Virus record (IMG/VR): IMGVR_UViG_3300027773_000160
Span: 1 to 50,513 of that record
Strand: one strand, 5' to 3'
Origin: a virus
Taxonomy: Duplodnaviria; Caudoviricetes
DNA length: 50,513 nt
This document shows positions 1 through 9,472 of the stretch, piece after piece. The translations under genes and the position numbers were made by a program. The notes under the pieces are model-generated. The model saw only the letters and a list, made by a program, of their open reading frames with translations. It was not told the origin of the DNA and searched no databases. The first letter of the stretch is position 1. Every line of letters begins with the position of its first letter.

Positions 1-300
1 GCCGGCAACAACGGCATCCTGCTTGCGAACGAGGATACCAACTCCGCGCCAGCCAACCGCTTCTCGATCGGCGCCAATCTCACGATCGCGGCCGGCCAGT
101 CGGTCATGCTGCTCTACGACGCCATCGCCGCGCGATGGCGCGCGCTCTCCGCCGGTGCCGCAGGCGGGGGCGCAGGCGAAGGTCCGCAGGTCGAGACCAA
201 GGCCGGTTGGAATATCGATGGCGTCGAGATCCGCGTCATCCTCGATTGCGGCGCCGGCTTCATCGATTGGCGCGGCTGGTACGTCAACGCGGGCGCGTGA
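1..300 (+). pseudogene. Chimeric remnant: tail-fibre repeat segment (1-172) fused in frame to a major-capsid C-terminus (173-300)
   Basis: 1-172 matches 40904-41075 of the tail fibre with 5 mismatches. The following QVETKAGWNIDGVEIRVILDCGAGFIDWRGWYVNAG resembles the end of the prophage capsid (IDQRAGFEVDGVEIKVRHDFAAKALDFRGLFYNAG). Confidence 0.75.
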
Positions 301-512
301 TGGCAAGCGTGCCCGAACTCGAAGCCATGCGCGAAGCGCTCTTGAAGGCGCGCTTCGCCGGCGGGCGGACGGTCGAATACGAGGGCCGCCGCGTCACCTA
401 TGCGAGCGACGCCGAGATGGCCGCAGCGCTCGCCGACCTCGACCGGCGCATCGCCGCGGCCTCCGCGCCGCGCGTCAACCAGGTTCGCATCAGCCCATCG
501 AAAGGAACATGA
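300..512 (+). CDS. Phage head-tail joining protein (gpW-like) of the left remnant element
   Basis: MASVPELEAMREALLKARFAGGRTVEYEGRRVTYASDAEM resembles 19618-19827; the ATG overlaps the upstream TGA. Confidence 0.75.
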   Translation: MASVPELEAMREALLKARFAGGRTVEYEGRRVTYASDAEMAAALADLDRRIAAASAPRVNQVRISPSKGT

Positions 513-515
513 CCA

Positions 516-859
516 TGAGGAACTACATCCAGGAAGGCCGCATGATCACTGTTGCCGCGCCGGCCGGCGGCGTCACATTCGGCGATTGCGTCGTGATCGG
601 CGCCCTGTTCGGCGTCGCGAGCAAGACCGCCGCGGCCGGGGAAACGGTGACGATCGCAACCGAAGGCGTCTTCGATCTGCCGAAGCTCGCGAGCGCCGTC
701 ATCGCCGTTGGCGACAAGGTCTCGTGGGACGACACCGCCAAGCAGGGCAACCTGCCCGGCCCCGGCCGCTATCCGATCGGGATTGCGATCAAGGCGGCCG
801 GCAACGGCGCGACGACCGTGCGGGCGCGGCTCGACGGGGTGGGGACGGCGGCGGCGTAA
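516..859 (+). CDS. DUF2190-like capsid cement/decoration protein
   Basis: MRNYIQEG...GVFDLPK...VRARL is a paralogue of 23498-23848. Confidence 0.8.
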
Positions 860-952
860 CTGGTTGTGGACGCCTCCAGCCAAATCGATGTAGACCGCGT
901 TAACCAATCCTAAACCATGACTGACCCCTGATGTCCGTCATGGGAGGGCGCC

Positions 953-1618
953 ATGCAGAATACCTCACATGCGGTGATGTCGCAGCGGAATGAGCCCGCT
1001 GATAGTCCGGATGATTTTCCGACACCACCGTGGGCAACGCGTGCGCTCTTCGAGCATGTCCTTACGCCATGGACGCGCGAGTTCGACCAGTTGACTTGTC
1101 TCGAGCCGGCTTGTGGGGCCGGTCACATGGCGAGAGTGCTCAAAGAGTACTTTCGCGAGGTACAGTCGTACGATGCCTTTGACTACAATTATGGCAAGAT
1201 CAGAGACTTCCTGACATATCCGTACGAAACAAACGCGGTTGATTGGGTAATTACCAATCCTCCATTTCGTTTGGCAGAAGATTTTGTCCTGCGAGCCTTG
1301 AACGTCGCCCGGACAGGCGTTGCCATTCTTGCACGGACGGTCTTTCTCGAAAGCGTCGGCCGGTATGAGAACATTTTCGCAAAGACCCCGCCCGCGATTT
1401 TCGCGCAGTTCGTTGAGCGCGTGCCAATGGTGAAGGGACGCCTCGATCAAAGGGCCACGACTGCCACCGGCTATGCATGGTTTGTCTGGAACAAGAAAGC
1501 AGGTAGTGATCCGCGTCTAGTTTGGATTCCGCCCTGTCGTCGCAGTTTGGAGCGGCGAACTGATTATCCCGGTTCGAGTAGCATGAGCAATGGACGTCAA
1601 GCTTCATTGGCGTCGTAG
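953..1618 (+). CDS. Orphan DNA amino (probably N6-adenine) methyltransferase
   Basis: DDFPTPPW, SAM-binding EPACGAG and catalytic TNPPF motifs; GGGAGG RBS. Confidence 0.8.
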   Translation: MQNTSHAVMSQRNEPADSPDDFPTPPWATRALFEHVLTPWTREFDQLTCLEPACGAGHMARVLKEYFREVQSYDAFDYNYGKIRDFLTYPYETNAVDWVITNPPFRLAEDFVLRALNVARTGVAILARTVFLESVGRYENIFAKTPPAIFAQFVERVPMVKGRLDQRATTATGYAWFVWNKKAGSDPRLVWIPPCRRSLERRTDYPGSSSMSNGRQASLAS

Positions 1619-1938
1619 CGTTCTAATCCCTGTTGCAAGACCTCGACGGCCTTGGCAGTCCCCTGACTGCCTTCGCTTGATAGTATTTCCAACGCTCGAC
1701 CGGCGGCGGCACGCAGTCGCTTTCCCTTCACGCCCGGTGGCCCCTTCGGGGGCAGTTCGTGAGCCGGCGCAGCGCTGATCGATCCAAATTTGCCGTCCTT
1801 AACCTCGGCGATGCGCCCTTGGTTGACCCCGAACCAAGCAGCAATGTCATGGTCGCGATCTCCGCGAGCGACCATGCCCAGGACGATAGAGGCGTCTCTG
1901 TTGGTCAAGCTGTATCCACTTGCTTTGCTTCGGCTCAT
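1597..1938 (-). CDS. Small HTH-like hypothetical protein
   Basis: HDIAAWFGVNQGRIAEVK has a helix-turn-helix pattern; convergent with the methyltransferase. Confidence 0.55.
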   Translation of the reverse strand: MSRSKASGYSLTNRDASIVLGMVARGDRDHDIAAWFGVNQGRIAEVKDGKFGSISAAPAHELPPKGPPGVKGKRLRAAAGRALEILSSEGSQGTAKAVEVLQQGLERYDANEA

Positions 1939-2257
1939 GAGCACCCCCACGTATCAAAATGGTCACTATTCAAATTTGAATGCTTTCGGTACGCGAATAC
2001 TCGACGGCAGAGCGGCGGCGGGCGCGAGTACGAAATAAATGTTGGACGCCCTTTCGCCATGACATGACCCCCGAGAGTAGTAGGCCGACATTTTGAGGTC
2101 TCCCCGCGCACATTTGAAGTCCGCCGTGCGCAACTTGCGGAGGCTTCACTCGCTCGGCGCGCGGGCAATGCACGTCGCGTCCCGCCATTCGCCGCCTTGG
2201 ATTTTGTTGACTCATTGTTGACTCGGTCGCGTCCGGCGCGAGGCGCCCAAACGCAAA

Positions 2258-2286
2258 CGCCCGCTAAGCCTTTGGCCTAGCGGGCG
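2258..2286 (-). terminator. Hairpin directly downstream of the duplicated tRNA 3' end
   Basis: Inverted repeat cgcccgcta...tagcgggcg next to the att repeat. Confidence 0.45.
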
Positions 2287-2287
2287 G

Positions 2288-2336
2288 ATTTGGTTGCGGG
2301 GGTAGGATTTGAACCTACGACCTTCAGGTTATGAGC
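2288..2336. repeat. att direct repeat (3' part of tRNA-Met), left prophage boundary
   Basis: atttggttgcgggggtaggatttgaacctacgaccttcaggttatgagc is identical to 50391-50439. Confidence 0.95.
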
Positions 2337-2605
2337 GGCGAACAAACAGAGAACGAGAGACCAGAGAATTCAACGACTTGCGGCACAAGCGATTGAAGTC
2401 GTTGGATTTCTTCGCCGCATTCAACGGCACTCAACCGCATTCGACAGCATCCGCCGGATGACGACTCCGTTACGGCGGCGGACGTATTGCGGAGTTGAAA
2501 TCGTTTGTCCGCCAGCGGTTTGCCAAGCCTGGGGCGCCGACAATATGTGTAAGAACCTGAAGGTCGTGATCTTCAAGTCGAACTCGTTGCCCGCCTCAGC
2601 TTCGA

Positions 2606-2983
2606 TCAGGCCACGCGCAATCGATCATTCTCGGAGAACGGGTCGATCTCGACGACAATCTTCTTGATCGCGGCGCTTGGCGCCTTCCGGCGGCCGACTG
2701 ACTTCATCTTGATGAACCCGGCCGCCTCCAGCTTTGCAAGCGTGCGCGTGAGGTTGGGCTGCGCGCGTCCCGTCATCTGCACCAGTTCGGCCACCGATCC
2801 GGGTTTGCGATCACGAATGAGCGCAAGCAGCTGACGGTTTTCGGGCGTCAACAACCGAACCAAAGCATCGACCGAATTGAAGCTTGGCTTGGCTGCATCG
2901 GCGGGAGCGGGTCGCTCGCGGCGCGCAACCGTCCGCATCTCCGCTTCAAGCGACGCTAGGTTTTGAATCTTGGACTTAACCAT
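2606..2983 (-). CDS. MarR-like HTH protein, putative antitoxin-type regulator
   Basis: RLLTPENRQLLALIRDRKPGSVAELVQMTGRAQPNLTRTLAKLEAAGFI winged-helix pattern; GAGG RBS. Confidence 0.7.
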   Translation of the reverse strand: MVKSKIQNLASLEAEMRTVARRERPAPADAAKPSFNSVDALVRLLTPENRQLLALIRDRKPGSVAELVQMTGRAQPNLTRTLAKLEAAGFIKMKSVGRRKAPSAAIKKIVVEIDPFSENDRLRVA

Positions 2984-3197
2984 GTTGTCGTCCTCGCTTC
3001 CGGAAGGGAGCGAGTCAGGAGGCGGCCCCCGCTACGCAGTGACCCGCCTATTTGTTGAACATTGATGGGCGACAAGAAAACGTCAATGGCTCGCTGGAGA
3101 TGGTTCACTTCAACACCCTGGTAATCGGAGGCTTCTCCCGGTTTCCGCCCCTCGCCGCCCCTTTCCGCCTCAGCGCCGCTGCTTCGAAAAGAGCATC

Positions 3198-4526
3198 TTG
3201 CCTGCCGCGAAGGCTCACCGCTCAGTGACAGGCATGAAGCAACATCTGACCGGGCGCACCATCAAGGCGATGGTACCGGAGCTCGATCGCGACGTCCTCG
3301 TCTACGACGACGAAGTGACGGGATTCGCGATTTGCGTCTATCGCTCGGGCAGGCGCGCGTTCGTCCTCCGATACCGGATCGCAGGCCGCGCGCGTCATTT
3401 CACCATCGGCTCGTGGCCGGACTGGTCGGTGACCGCTGCGCGCGAGGAAGCCAAACGGCTCAAACGGGAAGTGGACATCGGCAATGATCCGCTCGGCAGG
3501 CGCATCGAGCAACGCCATGCGCCGACCATGTCCGATCTGATCGATCGCTACCTCAAGGAGCACGCGGTCAATCTCGCGCCGCGGAGCTTCAGCGATCGGA
3601 CCTCGCTTCTGCGCAAGCTGGTCGAGCCGGAATGGGGCACCCGCAAGGTCGCCGATATTACCCCCGAAGATGTCGATCGGCTGCTCGCGAAGATTGCCAA
3701 AGGGCGACCGCGACCGCGCAAGCATCCGCCGAAGGTCAACTCGCGCCGGCCGGCGATGAAGGGGCCGTTCAAACCGACGCCGATCCGGGCGAACCGCGTC
3801 GGCGAAATCCTCCGCAAGATGTTCAACCTTGCGATCCGCTGGCAGATGCGGCCGGACGATCCCGTCGTCGGCTTCTCACGCTTTCCCGAAATCCCGCGCG
3901 ATCGGTTTCTTTCGGCCGACGAGATCAAGCGCCTTGCCGACGTGCTCGCCGAGCATCCGAATCGCCGCTGCGCGAACGTCATCCGGCTGATCCTGCTCAC
4001 CGGCGCGCGCCGTGGCGAGGCGATGAATGCGCGCTGGGAGCAGTTCGATCTTGAGAACGGCATCTGGACCAAGCCCGCTGCCACCACGAAGCAGCGCCGG
4101 CTTCATCGCGCGACGCTTTCGCGGGCCGCGGTTGAACTTCTGCGCGCGATCCGCGCAAGCGTGCCTGCGGATTGCCCGTGGGTCTTTCCCGGCGAGATCA
4201 AGGGCAACCCGTTGCGCGAAATGCAGACGTTCTGGGAAGGCGTGCGCGCGAAGGCGAAGCTTGGCGATGCCCGCATTCACGATCTGCGCCACACCTTTGC
4301 TTCGCTGCTTGTATCGGGCGGCATGACGCTGCCGATGGTCGGCTGGCTGCTCGGCCATACGCAGGCGCAGACAACGCTCCGCTACGCACATCTATATGAT
4401 GACCCGCTTCGTGCAGGCCTTGACCAAGTCGGAGAGGTGTTGCGTCCCAAGCTCAGGCTCGTTGACACGGCCGCGGCTGGGCCGAGCGGGCCACAAGCGG
4501 CCGGTTCCGTCGCCGCCGTGCGGTGA
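3198..4526 (+). CDS. int: Tyrosine integrase with N-terminal arm-binding domain (probable start 3234)
   Basis: LLTGARRGE, IHDLRHTFAS, LLGH and TLRYAH catalytic motifs; adjacent to att. Confidence 0.95.
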   Translation: MPAAKAHRSVTGMKQHLTGRTIKAMVPELDRDVLVYDDEVTGFAICVYRSGRRAFVLRYRIAGRARHFTIGSWPDWSVTAAREEAKRLKREVDIGNDPLGRRIEQRHAPTMSDLIDRYLKEHAVNLAPRSFSDRTSLLRKLVEPEWGTRKVADITPEDVDRLLAKIAKGRPRPRKHPPKVNSRRPAMKGPFKPTPIRANRVGEILRKMFNLAIRWQMRPDDPVVGFSRFPEIPRDRFLSADEIKRLADVLAEHPNRRCANVIRLILLTGARRGEAMNARWEQFDLENGIWTKPAATTKQRRLHRATLSRAAVELLRAIRASVPADCPWVFPGEIKGNPLREMQTFWEGVRAKAKLGDARIHDLRHTFASLLVSGGMTLPMVGWLLGHTQAQTTLRYAHLYDDPLRAGLDQVGEVLRPKLRLVDTAAAGPSGPQAAGSVAAVR

Positions 4527-4603
4527 TAAACGCATCCTTTCTCCGCAAAATATGCGGCGAATACCCTTGCACATGCGGCGAATAGCGGTCATATTCTCCG
4601 CAG

Positions 4604-5722
4604 ATGATGCGGAGAATGCCGACCTACATCCATGCGCTGCCCGATTGGCCCAAGTTCCGCTGGGATCGGAACCGCTTGGCCGATCGCCTGGCAGCGGTTC
4701 GCCATCGCCAAGGCCGGCTGATCGGTCGGATGGAGGCCTTGGGCTTTCCCCTGCGCAGCGAGGCGACCCTCGAGAACCTCACCCAGGAAGTTCTGAAGTC
4801 CAGCGAAATCGAGGGCGAAATCCTCGACCGCGAACAGGTGCGCTCCTCGATTGCGCGCCGTCTCGGCATGGACATCGGCGGGCTCACCGCCTCGGAGCGG
4901 CACGTCGAGGGCGTCGTGGAAATGATGCTCGACGCCACGGAAAAATACAGCGAACCGCTGACCGCGGAGCGGCTGTTCGGCTGGCACGCGGCCATGTTTC
5001 CGACCGGCCGCAGCGGCATGAAGCGGATCACGGTCGGCGGCTGGCGCGACGACGCGTCGGGTCCGATGCAGGTCGTCTCCGGGCCGATCGGACGCGAGCG
5101 CGTGCACTACGAGGCGCCGCCGGCGCCGCGCCTTGCTGCGGAAATGAAGGCGTTTCTTGATTGGTTCAACGGCGAGGCCGCCGTCGATCCGGTGCTCAAG
5201 GCCGCCGTGGCGCATCTGTGGTTCGTCACCATTCATCCCTTCGACGACGGCAACGGGCGCGTCGCACGCACAATCGCCGATATGGCGCTCGCGCGGTCCG
5301 AAGGCACCGCGCAGCGCTTTTACAGCATGTCGGCGCAGATCCGGCAGGAGCGGAATGCCTACTACGATATCCTCGAACGCACGCAGAAGGGCGATCTCGA
5401 TATCACGTCGTGGCTGGAATGGTTCCTCGGTTGCCTGGATCGAGCTTTCGACCGAGCCGAGCGCACGCTAGCCAATGTGTTCAGGAAGGCGCGCTTCTGG
5501 GAAAAGCACGCCGGCGCGGCCTTCAATGATCGGCAGCGCGACATGCTCAATCGCCTGCTGAACGGCTTTGAAGGCAAGCTCACGACATCCAAGTGGGCGC
5601 AGGTCGAAAAGTGCTCGCAGGATACGGCGCTGCGCGACATCGACGATCTCGTTGCCCGCGGCATCCTGCGCAAGGAGCCGGGCGGCGGGCGCAGCACGAG
5701 CTACTCGCTGGTGGAGCCGTAG
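4604..5722 (+). CDS. Fic family protein with C-terminal HTH
   Basis: Fic motif HPFDDGNGRVAR; C-terminal SQDTALRDIDDLV HTH. Confidence 0.92.
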   Translation: MMRRMPTYIHALPDWPKFRWDRNRLADRLAAVRHRQGRLIGRMEALGFPLRSEATLENLTQEVLKSSEIEGEILDREQVRSSIARRLGMDIGGLTASERHVEGVVEMMLDATEKYSEPLTAERLFGWHAAMFPTGRSGMKRITVGGWRDDASGPMQVVSGPIGRERVHYEAPPAPRLAAEMKAFLDWFNGEAAVDPVLKAAVAHLWFVTIHPFDDGNGRVARTIADMALARSEGTAQRFYSMSAQIRQERNAYYDILERTQKGDLDITSWLEWFLGCLDRAFDRAERTLANVFRKARFWEKHAGAAFNDRQRDMLNRLLNGFEGKLTTSKWAQVEKCSQDTALRDIDDLVARGILRKEPGGGRSTSYSLVEP

Positions 5723-5726
5723 AAGT

Positions 5727-6353
5727 TCAGGGACGGCTCAACTCTCGCCAAACCGGCGTGATCTTCTTTCTGATCGTGCTTTCGTCCGGCGCGTGCTCAA
5801 CGTCGCGGTCCTCGAACCAGGCCACCATTTCGCGGACGAGCTCGGCCTGCGTCGCCGGCACGCCGTGCTCATGAATGCGTCGCGCAAGCGCCGCATAGAA
5901 CGCATCCCAATCGTGCCGTGGCGGAACGCCCGGGCCGCCGCGGCGTCGCGCTGCCGTGGCGGCGTCGCTTTCCGGCACATGCAAGCCGTTGAAGAACCCG
6001 TATTGCCGCTCGAAGCGCTCGACCTCCGCCCGCCTGACCAGCACATCCGCGGCGGCGATCGCGACGCCCTCGGCCGGATCGACGATCCATCGGAAGTCGT
6101 CGCCGGCCTTCACCCGGCGGATCGCGAGCGTAGGGCTCGGCGCTCCGTCCCTTCGGAACAGCGGCAACAGATGTGCGGCCTCGACATCGGCGAGCCCCGA
6201 CAACGTCTCGGATGGCCCGGTCTTCACCGGCGGCAAAGCGATCGAAAGCGCGAGCAATCCGTCGGTCGACCAGCCGATCACGTCGAACGGCGTCACCGAC
6301 CAGCGGATCGCGATCTCGGTGAGGGAATGGAAGGATCGCGGCGGAAGCTGCAT
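5727..6353 (-). CDS. Phage hypothetical DNA-binding protein (possible excision factor)
   Basis: N-terminal FHSLTEIAIRW Xis-like pattern; position next to the integrase. Confidence 0.55.
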   Translation of the reverse strand: MQLPPRSFHSLTEIAIRWSVTPFDVIGWSTDGLLALSIALPPVKTGPSETLSGLADVEAAHLLPLFRRDGAPSPTLAIRRVKAGDDFRWIVDPAEGVAIAAADVLVRRAEVERFERQYGFFNGLHVPESDAATAARRRGGPGVPPRHDWDAFYAALARRIHEHGVPATQAELVREMVAWFEDRDVEHAPDESTIRKKITPVWRELSRP

Positions 6354-6374
6354 GTCCGGTGTGCCCCCGATTGC

Positions 6375-6656
6375 TCATTGACGGACCTGCTGGCGCAAGC
6401 GTCGATACGCTTGCACCACCTGCTTGAGGTCGCCCCGCATGTCGGGCGGCAGGCGCCCTGCCTCGACGAACAGATCGTCCATGCGCACGCCCAGGATCGC
6501 CGCGGCGCGCTCGACCAACTCGTCGCGCGGCGGCTTTTCCTGTTCGCGCTCAACGCGCGACCAATAAGCGGGCGAGACGCCAAGGCGCTCGGCGAAGTCG
6601 TTGAGGCCGATGCCCTGCTCGGTCCGTTTCGCCCTGACCGTCAAGCCGAATGCCAT
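6375..6656 (-). CDS. XRE-family HTH regulator
   Basis: MAFGLTVRAKR...LNDFAERLGVSPAYWSRVER; AAGGAGG RBS. Confidence 0.85.
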   Translation of the reverse strand: MAFGLTVRAKRTEQGIGLNDFAERLGVSPAYWSRVEREQEKPPRDELVERAAAILGVRMDDLFVEAGRLPPDMRGDLKQVVQAYRRLRQQVRQ

Positions 6657-6667
6657 GGCGGCCTCCT

Positions 6668-7057
6668 TCACCCAACGAGCCCGTACTTGCGGAGGCGCAC
6701 GCCGATGAAGGCGCTCGTCACGCCGAACTCTTCGGCCAGCGCGCCGGCGATCGCGTCGATCGCCGGCCAACCCGCAACGTTTGCCGCGACGTAGGGGGTC
6801 GGAATCTCGTCGATCACCTTCCATCGGATCGCCGCGCCGATCGCGGAAGCCTCGCGGGCGAACGATCGCACCAGCTGCCGCCGCGGCGCCAGAAACGCGC
6901 CCATGAACTCGTCGGCGCGCCATTCCCGCCAATCGATCGGCGCGGCGTCCCGCGCCGCAATCGCGCCGCTGCGGAAGGCGCGCGCCGCGCCCTTCGCCAC
7001 CGCGGCCGGCATGTCGAAGATCGCGTGGCCAAGCTCGTGCGCCGCCGTTGCGGGCAT
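6668..7057 (-). pseudogene. ImmA/IrrE-family metallopeptidase, N-terminally truncated
   Basis: AHELGH (HExxH) and EWRADEFMGAFLAP motifs. HExxH lies only ~6 codons from the junction with lower-GC DNA. Confidence 0.7.
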
Positions 7058-7177
7058 GCTGGTTACTTGAGTGGAGAACATGCGTTTAGTTAGCAACTTG
7101 TCGAAATATCTCACGGTGCCAGAGAATGCGAGTCGCGTGCGCGAAGCTAATGCCCCCTTCATGCATGGAGATTAGGC

Positions 7178-9472
7178 ATGGTCCAACGTTTCATTCTGCT
7201 TCGTAATGTTGGCAAATTCGATAATGTCGATGCTGGCGCGCAACTCCCCTTCAGGCGACTAACAGTTATCTACGCTGAGAATGCACGCGGTAAGACGACG
7301 CTAGCTGCAGTCCTGCGATCGCTTGCGTCGGGACGGACGGACCTTGTTGTGGAACGCGCCCGTCTCGGGACGCAGCAGCGCCCGCATGTCGTGATCGATG
7401 TTGGAGCTGAAGCACCTGCCGTTTTCCAGAACGAAGCATGGAATCGCACCGCCCCAGAAATCGTGGTGTTTGACGATACCTTCGTCGCCGAGAATGTGTG
7501 CTCCGGAATCGAAGTCGACACAACGCACCGACAGAACCTCCACGAACTCATTGTTGGCGCCCAAGGCATAGCGCTTGCACGGGTTTTGCAGAAGGAAGTG
7601 GATCGCATTGAGGACCACAATAGAAAACTTCGGGAGCTTGAAAACGCGATCCCAGCACAGGCCCGAGGAAATTTATCCGTTGATGCTTTTTGCGCTTTGG
7701 CCGAGGTGGCGGACCTGCCGCGGCGGATTGACGAGGCAGAGCGGCGCCTGGCGGCGGCGCGGGATGCCCAAAGAGTGGCGGCAATGCCCACGTTCCCGCC
7801 GATTTCCTTACCGAAAATCGACCTGGCGGCGCTCCGTGTTCTATTGGCGAAAGGCGTGGCGGACCTCGACGCCGAGGCCTTGGCACGCGTCCACACGCAT
7901 CTGCATCGTCTCGGCCAAGGGGGAGAGGATTGGGTCAGCAAGGGAATGAACCTCGCTGATCACTTGTCTGAGCAGGGCCTAAACGAATGCCCGTTCTGCG
8001 CCCAAGATTTAGGAAGCTCTCGCCTCTTTGGCCACTATCGAGCCTACTTCGCTGACGCCTACGACCAATTGAAACGGGAGATCACGGACGCTGGCCGCGC
8101 CTTTCGGACGATCCACGCCGGGGATATCCCCGCAGCGTTTGAGCGCAGCGTTCGTGAAACGGTGGAGCGGCATGCCTTCTGGAAAGCCCTAGCCGACGTT
8201 CCCGCTGTAGAAATCGACACGGCCGCGATTGCGCGCACTTGGAAGATGGCGAGAGAACACGTCGAGCGCTTAATTGAGGCGAAACGTGCTGCACCGCTCG
8301 ATGCAGTGACGGTGCCAGCGGATGCGGAACGTGCAATTTCCGACCACAACAATCAGTGTGACCGGATTCGCGAACTCTCGGATCAACTCGCGGCAGCCAA
8401 TCCACAGTTGGATACGGTGAAAGAACAAGCCCGCGAAGCCAACATTGCGACATTGACGAGCGACCTGGTCAACTTGAAAGCGGTGCAAGCGCGGCATGAT
8501 CCATCAATTGCCCCCCTTTGCGAAGCCTATCTCGCAGAGAAGGCGGCGAAAGCCGCCACAGAACAGCGTCGCACTAACGCGAGAGCAGCACTCGATCAGC
8601 ACCGCCAAGCTGCATTTCCTGCCTACGGCGTCGCCATCAACGAGTTCCTTCAGCGGTTCAATGCGAGCTTCCGTGTGCGACAAGTCGATCCAGCAAATAC
8701 GCGCGGCGGCTCCGTCGCCAATTATACGCTGCAGATTGATGGCCATTCTGTTCCCTTGACTGGCAACTCTGGCACTCCGTGCTTTCGCAACACGCTGAGC
8801 GCCGGTGACCGCAATACGCTGGCTCTGGCCTTTTTCTTCGCCAGCCTGCAAAACGACCCTAACCGCGCTCAAAAGATTGTCGTGATCGATGATCCCATCA
8901 CGAGCCTCGACGAGCACCGCACGCTGCATACGGTTCAGGAGATTGACCGCTTGGCTCGAGAGGTGGCGGCCATGATCGTGCTTTCGCACTCGAAACCGTT
9001 TCTTCTTGGCGTATGGGACAAGTGCCAACAGCTGCCTAAGACAGCGTTAGAGGTTCGGCGTTCGGGCGCTGGATCGACGCTAGCGTCCTGGGATGTAAAC
9101 GCCGCGATGGTGACAGAACACGATCGGCGGTACCGTGCTGCCGAGGCTTACCTTCAGCAAGCTGATCCGAGTGAGGCCCGGCAGGTCGCCGAATCGCTAA
9201 GGCCGATGCTGGAGGCATTCTGTCGTGTTGCCTATGCCCCACATTTCCCACCCGGAACCTTGCTTGGCCCATTTCAGCGGCAATGTGCAGATCGTGCCGC
9301 TACTCCTCAACAGATTATGAGCGCGGCCGATGCCGCGGAACTCCGCGCCCTGTTAGATTACGCGAATCGCTTTCATCACGACACCAACGCCGCATACGCG
9401 ACCGAGCTTATCAACGACGCAGAGCTCAGCGACTTCACTCGCAGAACGCTCGTCTTTATCCGGCGTCCCTAG
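7178..9472 (+). CDS. RloC-like (AAA_13) ABC ATPase with zinc hook and putative C-terminal HEPN nuclease
   Basis: Walker A AENARGKT, coiled coils around CPFC, signature LSAGD, Walker B VVIDDP, H-loop LSH, C-terminal RPMLE...NRFHH. Confidence 0.75.
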   Translation: MVQRFILLRNVGKFDNVDAGAQLPFRRLTVIYAENARGKTTLAAVLRSLASGRTDLVVERARLGTQQRPHVVIDVGAEAPAVFQNEAWNRTAPEIVVFDDTFVAENVCSGIEVDTTHRQNLHELIVGAQGIALARVLQKEVDRIEDHNRKLRELENAIPAQARGNLSVDAFCALAEVADLPRRIDEAERRLAAARDAQRVAAMPTFPPISLPKIDLAALRVLLAKGVADLDAEALARVHTHLHRLGQGGEDWVSKGMNLADHLSEQGLNECPFCAQDLGSSRLFGHYRAYFADAYDQLKREITDAGRAFRTIHAGDIPAAFERSVRETVERHAFWKALADVPAVEIDTAAIARTWKMAREHVERLIEAKRAAPLDAVTVPADAERAISDHNNQCDRIRELSDQLAAANPQLDTVKEQAREANIATLTSDLVNLKAVQARHDPSIAPLCEAYLAEKAAKAATEQRRTNARAALDQHRQAAFPAYGVAINEFLQRFNASFRVRQVDPANTRGGSVANYTLQIDGHSVPLTGNSGTPCFRNTLSAGDRNTLALAFFFASLQNDPNRAQKIVVIDDPITSLDEHRTLHTVQEIDRLAREVAAMIVLSHSKPFLLGVWDKCQQLPKTALEVRRSGAGSTLASWDVNAAMVTEHDRRYRAAEAYLQQADPSEARQVAESLRPMLEAFCRVAYAPHFPPGTLLGPFQRQCADRAATPQQIMSAADAAELRALLDYANRFHHDTNAAYATELINDAELSDFTRRTLVFIRRP

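Noticed and set aside
1-172. Possible DGR template/variable repeat pair with tail fibre 40904-41075
   Set aside because: No reverse transcriptase in the window, the mismatches are not adenine-specific, and the target is not at the gene's C-terminus.
2288-2336. A second full tRNA-Met gene
   Set aside because: Only the 3' part is present; the D arm and 5' acceptor strand are missing, so it is the att repeat.
2415-2454. Short repeats here and at 10842-10936 as CRISPR arrays
   Set aside because: They are 10-bp tandem units without unique spacers, and no cas genes are present.
5568-6794. 408-aa plus-strand ORF
   Set aside because: Overlaps the Fic gene end and three better-supported minus-strand genes; Arg-rich and motif-free.
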